Source: an uncultured bacterium (GTDB taxonomy: Bacteria; UBA8481). From it: a DNA stretch of 64,000 nucleotides. Shown here piece by piece: positions 29,882 through 39,935 of the stretch. The stretch covers positions 124,001-188,000 of the forward strand of contig CAZCME010000003.1 in assembly GCA_964499705.1 (NCBI GenBank). Direction: 5' to 3'. Both the position numbers and the translations under genes were made by a program. Under the pieces are notes generated by a model. The model was given only the letters and a program-made list of their open reading frames with translations, made no database searches and was not told the DNA's origin. The stretch's first letter is position 1, and each line of letters opens with the position of its first letter.

Positions 29882-30285
29882 GATGCTTTTTCCCTCTTGT
29901 CGGCAAGTATGATCCGCAGCCGTGCGCGTTGCTCCGCGTCTTTCCATTCTTCCTCGCTTGCTCCGAGCTTGCGCGCATCAGCCCTCGCCTCCGCGAGCGA
30001 CCTGCGAAGCAGACTCTGGCGATGCCGAGCGGCGATTGGATTTGCCATCCGGACATAGGTACCAGCCCCCTGCTGCCGGTCGACCCATCCCTCGTCCTCC
30101 AGAAGTCGATATGCGCTCTGGATTGTGTTGGGATTGACGCCTTCCTGGCCTGCAAGCTGGCGGACGGACGGCAATAGATCTCCCGGCTGAAAATCCCCGC
30201 GCAGGATGGCGCGTCGCAGTCGTTCCGCGATGCGCCGGTACGGCGGCAGCGAACCTGTCGCTGGAATATCCTGAAAACTCCCCAT
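29878..30285 (-). CDS. GntR-family regulator, YtrA subfamily
   Basis: GDLLPSVRQLA...VNPNTIQSAYRLLE..G..QGAGTYV; short C-terminus. Confidence 0.92.
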   Translation of the reverse strand: MGSFQDIPATGSLPPYRRIAERLRRAILRGDFQPGDLLPSVRQLAGQEGVNPNTIQSAYRLLEDEGWVDRQQGAGTYVRMANPIAARHRQSLLRRSLAEARADARKLGASEEEWKDAEQRARLRIILADKREKAS

Positions 30286-30292
30286 CTGGAAT

Positions 30293-30322
30293 ACTGTACT
30301 AATACAAACAGTACAGTGTCAA
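30293..30322 (-). promoter_or_regulatory. YtrA-type operator overlapping a sigma-70 promoter
   Basis: ACTGTA-N13-TACAGT (30293-30317), similar to the YtrA box AGTGTA-N13-TACACT; TTGACA on the minus strand at 30322-30317. Confidence 0.75.
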
Positions 30323-30386
30323 GGGAATCATCGGCGTCTGAACGGACTCTTTTATTTCCCCGGGAAATCGGGATACACTTTCAGCC

Positions 30387-31712
30387 ATGACAACGCCCCT
30401 TCCGCCCGAGATGTCCGAGCATTTCAAGACGCGCGAGCCTTCCGCGATCCGGCTGGCCCAGATCGAATTCGCCCGGCGGAAGGACCCCGTCATCCCCATC
30501 AACACCGCGATCGGCAATGTCACGCTCCCCATGCACCCCCGCATGCGCGAACGCCTCGCTCGCCTGGCCGAGCCCGGCAGCCCCTTCGCCGGCGGTGTCG
30601 TCAAGTACTCGCCGACGATCGGCGAGGCCGAGACGAGGAAGGCCGTCCTGAACGTGATCGCCTCCAGCGGGTTCCCGACGAAGGGGCTCGATGCGATGAT
30701 CACCGATGGAGGCAGCCAGGTCATGGAACTCCTCGTCGTCGGGCTCGCCGGCAAAGCGGGCAGCGCCGAAAAGCCTCTCCTCCTCATCGATGCCGCGTAC
30801 GTCAATTATCGCTCCTTCGCCGAGCGGTGCGGCCGGGCGACGGTGAGTATCCGCCGGAGCCTTCGGGAGGACGGCACCTACTCGCTGCCCGACATCGCGG
30901 AGATCGAGCGCGTCATCGAGAAGAATCGTCCCGGAGCGATTGTCGTCATTCCCTACGACAATCCGACGGGGCAGCTTTATTCCGAGGAGATGCTCGTCGA
31001 GCTCGCCCGCCTCTGCGTGAAGCACAATCTCTGGATGGTGAGCGACGAAGCTTACCGCGAGCTCTATTACATCGATCGGCCGCCGGTCAGCATCTGGGGG
31101 ATCGATGACACGAAAGTTCCGGGGATCGAGGGGCGCCGCATCGGGATCGACACCGCTTCGAAAGTCTGGAACGCCTGCGGCCTTCGCGTCGGCGCGCTTG
31201 TCACCGACAATGAAGAATTTCTCCGTCGCGCCGTCGCCGAATACACCGCGAATCTCTGCTCCAATGTCATCGGCCAGTACATTTACGCCGCGCTGGCCAA
31301 CGAGAGCCACGACGCGATGCGCGCGTGGTATCGGGAGCAGAAGGAATATTACCGGGCCATGATGAGCCGGTTCTGGACGGACCTGAACGAGCAATTGCCC
31401 GGCATCATCATCTCCGTGCCGCATGCCGCCATCTATTCCGTCGTGGATGTCCGCAGGATCGCACCACCCGATTTTGACGCCCTGGATTTCGTCATGACCT
31501 CGGTCCGCACCGGCGCCGTCGAGATCGACGGAAAGAAATACACGCTCCTCGTCTCACCCATGGCCGACTTCTACGATTGTCCGCCCGGCACGCCTAATCC
31601 CGGGCGGACTCAGATGCGCATCGCCTTCGTCGAGACTCCGGAGAAGATGGAGCTCGTCCCGCGGGTCTTCGCCGAGCTCTTCCGATCTTACTGCGCGAAT
31701 CGCCGGCTGTGA
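30387..31712 (+). CDS. PLP-dependent aminotransferase class I/II
   Basis: DNPTG, SDEAY, TASKVWNACGLRVG. Confidence 0.9.
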   Translation: MTTPLPPEMSEHFKTREPSAIRLAQIEFARRKDPVIPINTAIGNVTLPMHPRMRERLARLAEPGSPFAGGVVKYSPTIGEAETRKAVLNVIASSGFPTKGLDAMITDGGSQVMELLVVGLAGKAGSAEKPLLLIDAAYVNYRSFAERCGRATVSIRRSLREDGTYSLPDIAEIERVIEKNRPGAIVVIPYDNPTGQLYSEEMLVELARLCVKHNLWMVSDEAYRELYYIDRPPVSIWGIDDTKVPGIEGRRIGIDTASKVWNACGLRVGALVTDNEEFLRRAVAEYTANLCSNVIGQYIYAALANESHDAMRAWYREQKEYYRAMMSRFWTDLNEQLPGIIISVPHAAIYSVVDVRRIAPPDFDALDFVMTSVRTGAVEIDGKKYTLLVSPMADFYDCPPGTPNPGRTQMRIAFVETPEKMELVPRVFAELFRSYCANRRL

Positions 31713-31716
31713 TCCT

Positions 31717-32448
31717 CTACATCCGCGTCGTCGCGTCGACCTTCAGAAGGACCAGGTAGCCCGCATCCAGGGCCAGTTCCCCCGTTCGCGTCGCGGGCAG
31801 CGCCACGGCGAGGTCATACGCCTGTTTCGCCCAGCGATCCATGGACGGTGACAGAAGAGAGAGACGCGATGCCTTGTCGCCGATCCGGAAGAACTCGACT
31901 TCCAGCCGCGCCGGCGAGACGAAGTCGAACGACTTCACGGAAGTGATCCGCCCCTCGATCCACGTATGCGCAGGTACCACGAGCCTTCCATCCGCATAAA
32001 AATCTTCCATCGTTTCCGCCCACACGGGTTGTCCCACATACGACGAGGTGGACGATATCGACGTCATGAGGCGCGCATCGAGCAGTGTTCCCGCGCGCAC
32101 GAGAGGTGCCGAAGCGCGGATGGCCGTCCTGTTGACGGGCCTCGCCGCGGTGACGATCCGGGTTCGAGCGGGAGCCGGCGCCGGCTGAACTTTCACCTGC
32201 GTCGCATCCTGCTTGGCCGTTCCCGCCATGATCGGAGCCTCCGCCTTCTTATCCAATGACTGAGCTTCCGTATCGATGGACGCCGGAATGGGTCCTATGG
32301 CCGCCTGCGGCTCAAACATCGCCGGTTCTTCCGGGCTTGATTCGGGCACAAATCCGGGGCGCTCGACCGCAAACAGTGCGGCGGTTCCTCCGAGAACGAA
32401 GGCGGCGCCTATCGCAAGTACAATGAAAAACTTGGTTTGTGTGCTCAT
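31717..32448 (-). CDS. Membrane-anchored protein with TrbI/VirB10-like beta domain
   Basis: N-terminal TM, Pro/Ala linker, GTLLDARLMTSISS...VGQPV...VVPAHTWIEGRITSV; paralogue of 62026..62820. Confidence 0.65.
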   Translation of the reverse strand: MSTQTKFFIVLAIGAAFVLGGTAALFAVERPGFVPESSPEEPAMFEPQAAIGPIPASIDTEAQSLDKKAEAPIMAGTAKQDATQVKVQPAPAPARTRIVTAARPVNRTAIRASAPLVRAGTLLDARLMTSISSTSSYVGQPVWAETMEDFYADGRLVVPAHTWIEGRITSVKSFDFVSPARLEVEFFRIGDKASRLSLLSPSMDRWAKQAYDLAVALPATRTGELALDAGYLVLLKVDATTRM

Positions 32449-32492
32449 GGTGATCCTGACCTCCTGAGTCGATTAATTTCAGGAATCATCAG

Positions 32493-32509
32493 TGCAGGCG
32501 CCGTGCCAA
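32493..32509 (-). promoter_or_regulatory. Sigma-54 -24/-12 promoter
   Basis: TTGGCACGGCGCCTGCA, GG-N10-GC, 45 nt upstream of the ATG. Confidence 0.65.
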
Positions 32510-32568
32510 CCGCGATGAGGCAGCAAAAGCGGGATCAATCCAAAGCGTTATTTTCCGGCCAGACGAAC

Positions 32569-34605
32569 CTAATCCACGAAGTCTTCGAGCCTTCTGCGCC
32601 GCGTCGGGTGCCTCAGTTTCTTCAAGGCCTTCGCCTCGATCTGCCGGATGCGCTCGCGCGTGACGTTGAAGATCGCGCCGACTTCCTCCAGCGTCCTCGG
32701 GTATCCGTCGTCCAGCCCGAACCTGTAACGCAGCACTTTTTCCTCGCGAGGTGTCAGCGACTGCAGGACGATTTCCAGCTCGTCGCGCAGCATCAGGTAG
32801 GTCGTCGTCTCCACGGGCTGCTCGACGTCCTTGTCCTCGATGAAGTCCCCGAGATGAGAATCTTCATCCTCCCCGATCGGCGTCTCCAGCGATAACGGCT
32901 CCATCGCGATCTTCATGACCCCGCGCACTCGGCCGATGGGCCAGCCCAGCCGTTCCGCGATCTCCTCCGGAAGGGGTTCACGCCCATACCGCTGGATGAG
33001 CTGCCGCGATTCGCGGACCACCTTGTTGATCTGCTCCACCATGTGAACCGGGATCCGGATCGTCCGGGCCTGGTCGGCGATCGCGCGCGTGATCGCCTGG
33101 CGGATCCACCACGTGGCATACGTGGAGAACTTGTAGCCGCGCCGCCATTCGAATTTCTCCACGGCCTTGATGAGGCCCATGTTGCCTTCCTGGATGAGGT
33201 CCAGGAACGTGAGCCCGCGGTTCGTGTAGCGCTTCGCGATGGAGACGACCAGCCGGAGGTTCGCGTTGACCATCTCCTCCTTCGCCGCTTTCACCTCGTT
33301 CTCGCCGGTCAGGACTTCGTCGGCGTCGTGCTGGATCTGCTCGATCTTCGTCGAATACATCCGCTCGATCTCGCGCAGCTTGGACCGCGACTTCTTGATG
33401 ATCTCGACGGCTTCGACGACCTCGGGCTTGGTGATGTTCTTCGGCAGCCGCGAGGGACGCATGTTCTGCATCTTGACGATCTCCGCTTCCTTCATCAAGA
33501 GGCGCCGCTCCCATGAGAGAATCGTGTCGATGTGCGCGCGGATCGACCAGCCGCACTCCTTGATCCGCTCCGTGACGAACTCGATCTGGTTCGGGAGAAA
33601 TCCCATCGCCGCGACCGATTTCTTGACTTCGATCTCCAGCTTCTTCACGCGATCGTTGTGGTCCGGTTTCTGCTCCTTCATCTTCAGAAGCATGCCGAGC
33701 TTTTTACCGGCCGACTTGATCCGGTCCAGGTTCCGCGTGTAGCGCTGCAGCGCGCCTTTGCCCTCGGATTCCAGCTCCGCGGGCGTCAGGGCGATCACGT
33801 CGCGGATACGGAGCTCCCCGCGGTGGATGCGGCGTCGGATCTCGTCCATCTCGAAGACCGCGACCGGCGAGATCGCCAGCGCGGACTTCACGCGGATATC
33901 GCCCGCTTCCATCCGCTGAGCGATCGTGACTTCCTTGTCGGCGGAGAGAAGATCGACCTTGCCGATCTCCCGCAGGTACATCCGGACGGGATCGTCCGTG
34001 GAATGGACCGCGCGCTTCATCGTCGGCGTCAGAGCGACCTGCTTCGGCTGTTTTTCCTTCGGCCCCAGCTTCTCCACGGTCTTGCGCTGCTTGTACTCGT
34101 CCGCATCCTCCACGATCTCGATGCCGTGCTGCGACAGGATCGTGAAGATGTCGTCGATCCGGTCGCCGGATGTGATCTCCTCAGGAAGCAAATCGTTCAC
34201 CTGGTCGAGCGTCAGGTAGCCTTCCTTCTCGCCCGCGGCGAGAAGTTTTCCGACGTCGGGAAGCTCCGCCAGCGCCGCCAGCTCCGCAGCTTTCTCCGGT
34301 GTCAGCTCGCGCGGGGGTTCCTCCAGCGCTTCGATGACCGCATGATCGTCTTCCTCGACGGGCACTTCATCCGGTATGACATCCGGCTCCGCCGCGATTT
34401 CCGGTTCGGCCGCGAACTCATGATCCGCGACGGCCCCTTCCTCCGGTTCCGCGTTCAGCGGCAGCTCGAAGCCTTCATCGCTCCCCAGCTTCTTCGCCTG
34501 CTTTTTCTTGCCGCCCGTCTTGCCGGTATTTTTAACCGCGGCTTTCGCCGCGCTTTTTCCGACAGGCCTGGATTTCTTGTCCGCTTTCTTCTTCTCTTTC
34601 TTCAT
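32569..34605 (-). CDS. rpoD: RNA polymerase primary sigma factor
   Basis: [58 protein letters not shown]. Confidence 0.98.
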   Translation of the reverse strand: MKKEKKKADKKSRPVGKSAAKAAVKNTGKTGGKKKQAKKLGSDEGFELPLNAEPEEGAVADHEFAAEPEIAAEPDVIPDEVPVEEDDHAVIEALEEPPRELTPEKAAELAALAELPDVGKLLAAGEKEGYLTLDQVNDLLPEEITSGDRIDDIFTILSQHGIEIVEDADEYKQRKTVEKLGPKEKQPKQVALTPTMKRAVHSTDDPVRMYLREIGKVDLLSADKEVTIAQRMEAGDIRVKSALAISPVAVFEMDEIRRRIHRGELRIRDVIALTPAELESEGKGALQRYTRNLDRIKSAGKKLGMLLKMKEQKPDHNDRVKKLEIEVKKSVAAMGFLPNQIEFVTERIKECGWSIRAHIDTILSWERRLLMKEAEIVKMQNMRPSRLPKNITKPEVVEAVEIIKKSRSKLREIERMYSTKIEQIQHDADEVLTGENEVKAAKEEMVNANLRLVVSIAKRYTNRGLTFLDLIQEGNMGLIKAVEKFEWRRGYKFSTYATWWIRQAITRAIADQARTIRIPVHMVEQINKVVRESRQLIQRYGREPLPEEIAERLGWPIGRVRGVMKIAMEPLSLETPIGEDEDSHLGDFIEDKDVEQPVETTTYLMLRDELEIVLQSLTPREEKVLRYRFGLDDGYPRTLEEVGAIFNVTRERIRQIEAKALKKLRHPTRRRRLEDFVD

Positions 34606-36488
34606 GCGTTGTCCCTTGTCTGCCGTGCGGCCGATGCTTTTTCATGCGGGGAACTGCTCCGCACGGGCGGATGAAGCGTCTCGCCCTTTTTCTTCAGTAA
34701 TGTCGATAGCCGCTGGGTCATCATGTTTCGTTTCTCCTCTGGAAGATCGGGAAGCTGCAGGTGGGCTGCGCATTCGCTGATGTCGTCATTGATCCGCCGC
34801 ATCTGCACGGTTTTCATGTAATCGTCGAAAAGTTGCCGCGAAGGGCCGTGGGACAGCGGCGCCGTCGCGATGTGGGCCATCAGCTCGAGCCCGAGCCCCT
34901 GGATTCGTCCGCCGAGATCGCCCTTCAACGGTTCGTTGTTGCGGGCGGCCTCGACGAGCGCGGAAAATACGTCGCGCCGGACGGGCTTGGAGAAATCGAC
35001 GGGCTCCAATGTCACCGCCGCTCGGGCCAGGAGCGCGGGATCGTCGAGCATCATGCGCATGAGCGAGAGCTCCGCGTCCATTCCCTTCGCGATCTTCCGC
35101 AGCTTCGTCGATTCCTCCGAAGCCTCCGGAAGGGATTCGTCGGCCGTCGCCGTCAGGGCCATCTCCGGGACTCCGAGGCGCTCCGAGATCGTCTTGATGA
35201 TCGTGGCGCGGATGATCCTGTCGGAGATGCGGTTCAGCGAGGAAACGAGGCCGCGCGCCGCGCGAGCGCGCTCGATGACGGTGTGCGATTCCGCCATCGC
35301 GCATCGGATCCGGTGCTCGATGAAATCCTGGGCGTCGCGAAGCGCGAGGCCGAACGCGTTGGCGCCGTGCTTCTGCAGGGCGTCGGCCGGGTCGAGCCCT
35401 TCCGGCATCTGCGCGACGCGCACGGAGAGCCCCTTGTTGAGCGCGATGTCGATCCCGCGCTCCGCCGCATTCCGGCCGGCGGAGTCGGGGTCGTAGGCGA
35501 GGATGACGGTTGATGTGAAACGCGAAATAGTTGCGACCTGCTCGTTTGTCAGAGCGGTGCCAAGCGACGCGACCACTTCCGAAAATCCTTCCCGATGAGC
35601 GGCGATGACGTCCGTGTAGCCTTCGACAAAGACGGCGCGGCCCGAACGTTTGATCGCGTCCTTGGCGAGATGGAGCCCGTAGAGGTTCCGGCCTTTCGTG
35701 TAGATCTCGGTCTCCGGAGAATTGATGTATTTCGGTCCCTTGGTCGCTCTTGCGCCATCCCTGGCGCCCGCGACACTTCCTCCATCCGGTCGGTCGTCCG
35801 TCCGGTACTCGCGAGCTCCGAACGCGATCGCGCGGCCGGAGACGTCGAAGATCGGGAAGATGATCCGGTCGCGGAAGAGATCGTAGAAGCCGCCGGCCGA
35901 CCGGTTGGAGGAAGTGTCGGGGGCGCGGGAGCGCCCCGAATCGCGCTCGCGCACCAGGCCAGAGACCTTCAGGATCGCGGTCGTGTAGTTCTTCTCCACG
36001 AGCTTCAGGAAGCCGTCCCATTTCTCCAGCGCCAGGCCGATCCGGAACTTGTCGATCTCGCCGGCGCCGATGCCGCGGTCCGCCAGATATTTCCGGGCGG
36101 GCTCCCCGGCTTTGGATGCGAGATTCTTCGTGAAGTAATCGAGAGCCGTGGAGTTCATCTCGTGCAGGGCGTCGCGGAGATCGGTCTCGCCTTTCTTCAA
36201 AGCCTTCAGCGTTACACCGGCGCGGCGTGCCAGCTCCCGGAGCGCGTCGGCGAATGTGACTCCGGCTGTCTCCATCAGAAATGTGAAGATGTCGCCGCTC
36301 TTGCCGCATCCGAAGCACTTGTAATAGCCCCGCTCGCTGGAGACGACGAACGACGGAGATTTCTCGGAATGGAAAGGGCAGAGTCCTTTGAAGGTCGAGC
36401 CCGCTTTTTTCAGCGCGACGGATTCGCCGATGATGTCGACGATGTCGAGCCTGTTCCGGATCTCGTCGATGACGGCGCGGTCGTTCAC
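34602..36488 (-). CDS. dnaG: DNA primase
   Basis: [11 protein letters not shown]...CFGC zinc finger, [25 protein letters not shown] start at 36488. Confidence 0.97.
   Translation of the reverse strand: MNDRAVIDEIRNRLDIVDIIGESVALKKAGSTFKGLCPFHSEKSPSFVVSSERGYYKCFGCGKSGDIFTFLMETAGVTFADALRELARRAGVTLKALKKGETDLRDALHEMNSTALDYFTKNLASKAGEPARKYLADRGIGAGEIDKFRIGLALEKWDGFLKLVEKNYTTAILKVSGLVRERDSGRSRAPDTSSNRSAGGFYDLFRDRIIFPIFDVSGRAIAFGAREYRTDDRPDGGSVAGARDGARATKGPKYINSPETEIYTKGRNLYGLHLAKDAIKRSGRAVFVEGYTDVIAAHREGFSEVVASLGTALTNEQVATISRFTSTVILAYDPDSAGRNAAERGIDIALNKGLSVRVAQMPEGLDPADALQKHGANAFGLALRDAQDFIEHRIRCAMAESHTVIERARAARGLVSSLNRISDRIIRATIIKTISERLGVPEMALTATADESLPEASEESTKLRKIAKGMDAELSLMRMMLDDPALLARAAVTLEPVDFSKPVRRDVFSALVEAARNNEPLKGDLGGRIQGLGLELMAHIATAPLSHGPSRQLFDDYMKTVQMRRINDDISECAAHLQLPDLPEEKRNMMTQRLSTLLKKKGETLHPPVRSSSPHEKASAARQTRDNA
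35742..35796 (-). repeat. Intragenic hairpin element, copy 2 (in dnaG)
   Basis: CGACCGACCGGATGGAGGAAGTGTCGCGGGCGCCAGGGATGGCGCAAGAGCGACC on the minus strand. Confidence 0.85.
35894..35939 (+). repeat. Intragenic hairpin element, copy 3 (in dnaG, inverted)
   Basis: 30/33 match to the 5' part of copy 2 on the opposite strand, then a GC stem with the same GGGA loop. Confidence 0.8.
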
Positions 36489-38284
36489 AGGGTCACCTCG
36501 TCGCCTTCGCGGATCACCGTGAGAAAATCGGCCGCCTGGCCGTTCACCATCGGCGTGAGCGCGGGAGTCCTGTCGGCGAAGAGCTCGTAGAGCCGCCAGT
36601 CCGGCCGCGAGGTGTCCCACGTCGCGGCACGGGGAACGAGCGTCTCCGCGGTGACTCGCTTCCCATCGACCAGCGCGGAACGCGTGCGATCGGCAAGCGA
36701 ATGGTCGGCGCCGTTCACGCGGATCTTCAGGGCGCGCGCGATGGGAAGCTCCAGAAGAGTGGAGAGCGGGACCAGCGCCGGTTCCGCGTTGACGGGTGAC
36801 ACAGTGACGGGCGCGACATGCAAGGATGCGGCGTGAGCGATGGGCAAAGAAGCCTCGGGAAGAGCGGACTTTGCGATTTCCGCCTTCGGCTCCACGACGA
36901 TGGCGTCCGCGCCACGCGCGCCCTTTGCGATCCGGATCACAGCGCCGTTCTCGATCGGAGTGTCGAGGCTGCCGGGCGTGCCGTTCAGAATGATGATAGG
37001 ATCTCCGCCCGGCTCGCCGCCGATCAGGTCGCCCTCCTTCTCGACTGCGCTGCCGGGTTCTCCGAAATAATCCACGGGATCTTCTCCCGAAGATTCCACG
37101 GCGTCGGCGACCGTAAAACGGCGCTCCTGGCTGCGTTGCACCATGAGATGAACCCGCCCGTTCACGCTGAAGGACAGGATGCGAAATGAAGTGGACGAGG
37201 AGAGAATCATACCGAGGCAGGTGAGGAAGGCCGGGCCCTTCACGAGGCCTGACTTGTCCTCGATGCCGGCAATTGTTTCCGCATGGCGGACGCCGATCCT
37301 GCTTTCCGGAATTTTCAGAGCGTCCGCGAGGAGCGCTGGGAGGGAAGGCCAGAGGGAGCCTCCGCCGACGAGGATGATGCCGGAGAGAGTTTCCTTTCCG
37401 CCGAGAAGTTTTCGGATTTCGGAAGCGACCGCGTCCGCGACGTGCGCGGCTCCTTCGTCACCCGCCTGCCGGATCTCCCCAGGATCGCATTTTCGCGAAG
37501 CGCCCCAGAGATCAAGGATGGTCGTCGCGGGATCCCGCTTCACCATGTCGGCATCCCGCGTTGCTAGACCGAGCCGGACGGCGATGGCGTCGGTGATCCG
37601 GTCGCCGGCCGCGGGAACCGACGCGGCTCCGAGAATCCCGCGCGGAGAAAAGAGCGCGATGTCCGACGTGCCCGCTCCGATGTCGATGACGGCGAAGATG
37701 TCGGGTGGCAATGCTCCGCCCGTTTCGCCGGTGCCGAAGAGCGCGGTCGAGACGGCGAGCGGTTCGACCATGATCCGCGACGGAGCGAAACCGGCCTCGG
37801 CGATCGCGGTGATCTTGGCGTGGACGTTTTCGATGGGGAGATACGCGGCCAGGAGCGTGTAGCTGGCGCGGCCGTCGAGACCGATGGGCGAACCGACATC
37901 GCGGCCTTCGCGCTTGAATTCCGTGCGCATGGTTCCGAGGAGCCACTGCCCGATCAGAGGTTTTGTGGAGGCCGCATCGGTGAGCTGCGCCGTTTCCGCG
38001 GCGACGAGGTCGGCCTCGGTCCACGGCGTGGAGCTTTCCAGGGCGATCGTGAAGCGTTTCGTGATGAGATGCCCCCCCGCGATCGCGATCGCCGCGTCCG
38101 TCTTTTCCGGAAGATGCATCTTCTCCCGGACGCTCCGAACGCTCGCGACGAGCGCGGGCTGGTCGAAGACATTGCCTTCACGCATGCATATGGCGTTGTG
38201 CTCCGCATGAACCAGGCGCGCGATGACACGCCCTTCGTGTTCCGCGCAGACGATGGACCGTGTGCCGACGTCGAGCGTGATCAT
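36485..38284 (-). CDS. FtsA-like ASKHA ATPase with C-terminal ubiquitin-like (ThiS/MoaD-like) segments
   Basis: LDVGTRS, VEPLA, IDIGAGTSDIA, AGDRITDAI, LVGGGS; VNG...IENGAVI and VNGQAADFLTVIREGDEV. Confidence 0.8.
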   Translation of the reverse strand: MITLDVGTRSIVCAEHEGRVIARLVHAEHNAICMREGNVFDQPALVASVRSVREKMHLPEKTDAAIAIAGGHLITKRFTIALESSTPWTEADLVAAETAQLTDAASTKPLIGQWLLGTMRTEFKREGRDVGSPIGLDGRASYTLLAAYLPIENVHAKITAIAEAGFAPSRIMVEPLAVSTALFGTGETGGALPPDIFAVIDIGAGTSDIALFSPRGILGAASVPAAGDRITDAIAVRLGLATRDADMVKRDPATTILDLWGASRKCDPGEIRQAGDEGAAHVADAVASEIRKLLGGKETLSGIILVGGGSLWPSLPALLADALKIPESRIGVRHAETIAGIEDKSGLVKGPAFLTCLGMILSSSTSFRILSFSVNGRVHLMVQRSQERRFTVADAVESSGEDPVDYFGEPGSAVEKEGDLIGGEPGGDPIIILNGTPGSLDTPIENGAVIRIAKGARGADAIVVEPKAEIAKSALPEASLPIAHAASLHVAPVTVSPVNAEPALVPLSTLLELPIARALKIRVNGADHSLADRTRSALVDGKRVTAETLVPRAATWDTSRPDWRLYELFADRTPALTPMVNGQAADFLTVIREGDEVTL

Positions 38285-38757
38285 CGGCGCGCGCCCAGCC
38301 ATGCGACGGTGGCCCCGTAGGAACCTTCGCGGGTCTGCGCGTATTCGAACCTGCTGACCGTGGAGCAGCCCTTCAGGCAGCGTTGCACTTCGGTGCGGAG
38401 TTTCCCGGAGCCCTTGCCATGGATGATCCGGATGCGGTCGAATCCCCGGACGAGCGCCTGGCTGATGAACTGCAGGAGAGCCGGTTCGACATCGGCGACG
38501 ACGCAGTGATGGAGATCAAGCTCGTTGTCGAGAACATCCTCGTCGTAGTGCATGGAGACTTCGACCTGGCCTCGGCGCGCCCGTGTGGAATTATGGTCTG
38601 AAGCGCCGGTAATCTCGTCGCGATTCACGAGGATGCGGCCCGTAGCCGTTTCGATCTCCGCGCGCCCTCCGCGAAGCGCCACGAGCGTGCCGGTGACGCC
38701 GTTGCGGATGAAGCGCACGGTTCGTCCGGGAGCGAGATCGTCAGGGGCGCAGATCAT
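38281..38757 (-). CDS. Smr domain protein (MutS2 C-terminal KOW + Smr)
   Basis: ELDLH, RIIHGKGSGKLR, EGSYGATVA. Confidence 0.88.
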   Translation of the reverse strand: MICAPDDLAPGRTVRFIRNGVTGTLVALRGGRAEIETATGRILVNRDEITGASDHNSTRARRGQVEVSMHYDEDVLDNELDLHHCVVADVEPALLQFISQALVRGFDRIRIIHGKGSGKLRTEVQRCLKGCSTVSRFEYAQTREGSYGATVAWLGARR

Positions 38758-38762
38758 GGATA

Positions 38763-39245
38763 TCAGTTCTTGCCTTGCATGAGGGCCGAAAGTCGTTCCT
38801 TGACGATGCGGTTGACGGTTCCCCCGTCGGCTCCGCCCCTGGCGGCGAGTTTGGCCATGGTCCCCTTCATCACGGCGCCCATCTCCTTCATGGTGAGCGC
38901 GCCTTGAAGGCGCGCCTGCGTCTCCGCGAGGACGGCGTCCACGGCGGCGGCGATTTCGGATTCGTCGATCGCGGGCGGCATGAACGATTCTATCACATCG
39001 ATCTCCGCCGATTCTTTCGCGACAAGATCCTCGCGTCCGCCGGACTTGAAGGATTCAATCGAATCGCGCCGCGTCTTGATGGACTTGCGGAAGATGCCGA
39101 GAATATCGCTGTCGGTGGCGGTCACGCGATTATTGATCTCGTGATCCTTGATGGCGGACAGAAGCATTCGCAGCGTTCCGAGCCGATCCTTGTTACCCGA
39201 TTTCATGGCTTCCTTGATGGAGGCCTGCACATCGTCTTTGATCAT
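38763..39245 (-). CDS. yqeY: GatB/YqeY domain protein
   Basis: KEAMKSGNKDRLGTLRMLLSAIK, RRDSIESF..GGREDL, KEMGAVMK. Confidence 0.92.
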   Translation of the reverse strand: MIKDDVQASIKEAMKSGNKDRLGTLRMLLSAIKDHEINNRVTATDSDILGIFRKSIKTRRDSIESFKSGGREDLVAKESAEIDVIESFMPPAIDESEIAAAVDAVLAETQARLQGALTMKEMGAVMKGTMAKLAARGGADGGTVNRIVKERLSALMQGKN

Positions 39246-39306
39246 GAAAAAATTTCCTTTCAGTTCTATCGCGGAACGTTTTTCGAGGACGGCGCGTGTC
39301 GCGTCG

Positions 39307-39648
39307 TCAACCCGGAGGCCAGGACATTTCCCTGCCGCCCAGGATGTGGAAATGGAGATGAGCCACGGCCTGTCCCGCATCGGCGCCCTGGTTGAGGACG
39401 ACGCGGTAACCGGTCCGGTCGATTCCATTTTTCGCGGCGACCGCCGCCGCCGCTTCGAAAATCTCGCACTCCCAACCCGCCAGTTCCGCCAGCGTGGTGA
39501 GATGCTCCTTCGGTATCGCCAGCATGTGATGCGGCGCCTGGGGGCTGATATCCCGAAATACGATGACGGATTCCGATTCGTAGACGCGTTCCGCCGGTAT
39601 TTCACCGGCGATGATCCGGCAGAAAATGCAATCTTCCCGAGTCGTCAT
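39307..39648 (-). CDS. Histidine triad (HIT) nucleotide-binding protein
   Basis: DCIFCRII, PQAPHH, HLHFHILGG. Confidence 0.95.
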   Translation of the reverse strand: MTTREDCIFCRIIAGEIPAERVYESESVIVFRDISPQAPHHMLAIPKEHLTTLAELAGWECEIFEAAAAVAAKNGIDRTGYRVVLNQGADAGQAVAHLHFHILGGREMSWPPG

Positions 39649-39837
39649 GAAGGCTCCATCAGAGTAACTCATATATTATGAGGCAACGGTGGTCGCAACG
39701 ACGGGCATCGCGGGCCCCTTGTGATTGCCCGAACGAAGCATTTTAGGTCATGCAGACCTGAGAAATCAAGGGGTTGGAGGAAAAAAAGCAAAGAGAAGGG
39801 GAGAAGTATTTCTAATTATTTCATATAGCTTCAAAGC

Positions 39838-39935
39838 AAATCGGAATCCGTAATCCGAAATCCCAACATTGAACTTCGCAGGAAAACTTCAGGATTTAGG
39901 ATTTCGTTAGGATTTCGGATTTAGGATTTAGATTT
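39838..39935. repeat. Inverted arrays of 7-nt repeats (family C)
   Basis: AATCGGA/ATCCGTA/ATCCGAA/ATCCCAA facing GGATTTA/GGATTTC repeats. Confidence 0.7.

Noticed and set aside
31717-32448. Type IV secretion system inferred from TrbI-like domains
   Set aside because: Isolated genes with no VirB4, VirD4 or other T4SS components.
39660-39800. rpsU or a structured RNA upstream of HIT
   Set aside because: No S21-like ORF found and only a small hairpin.
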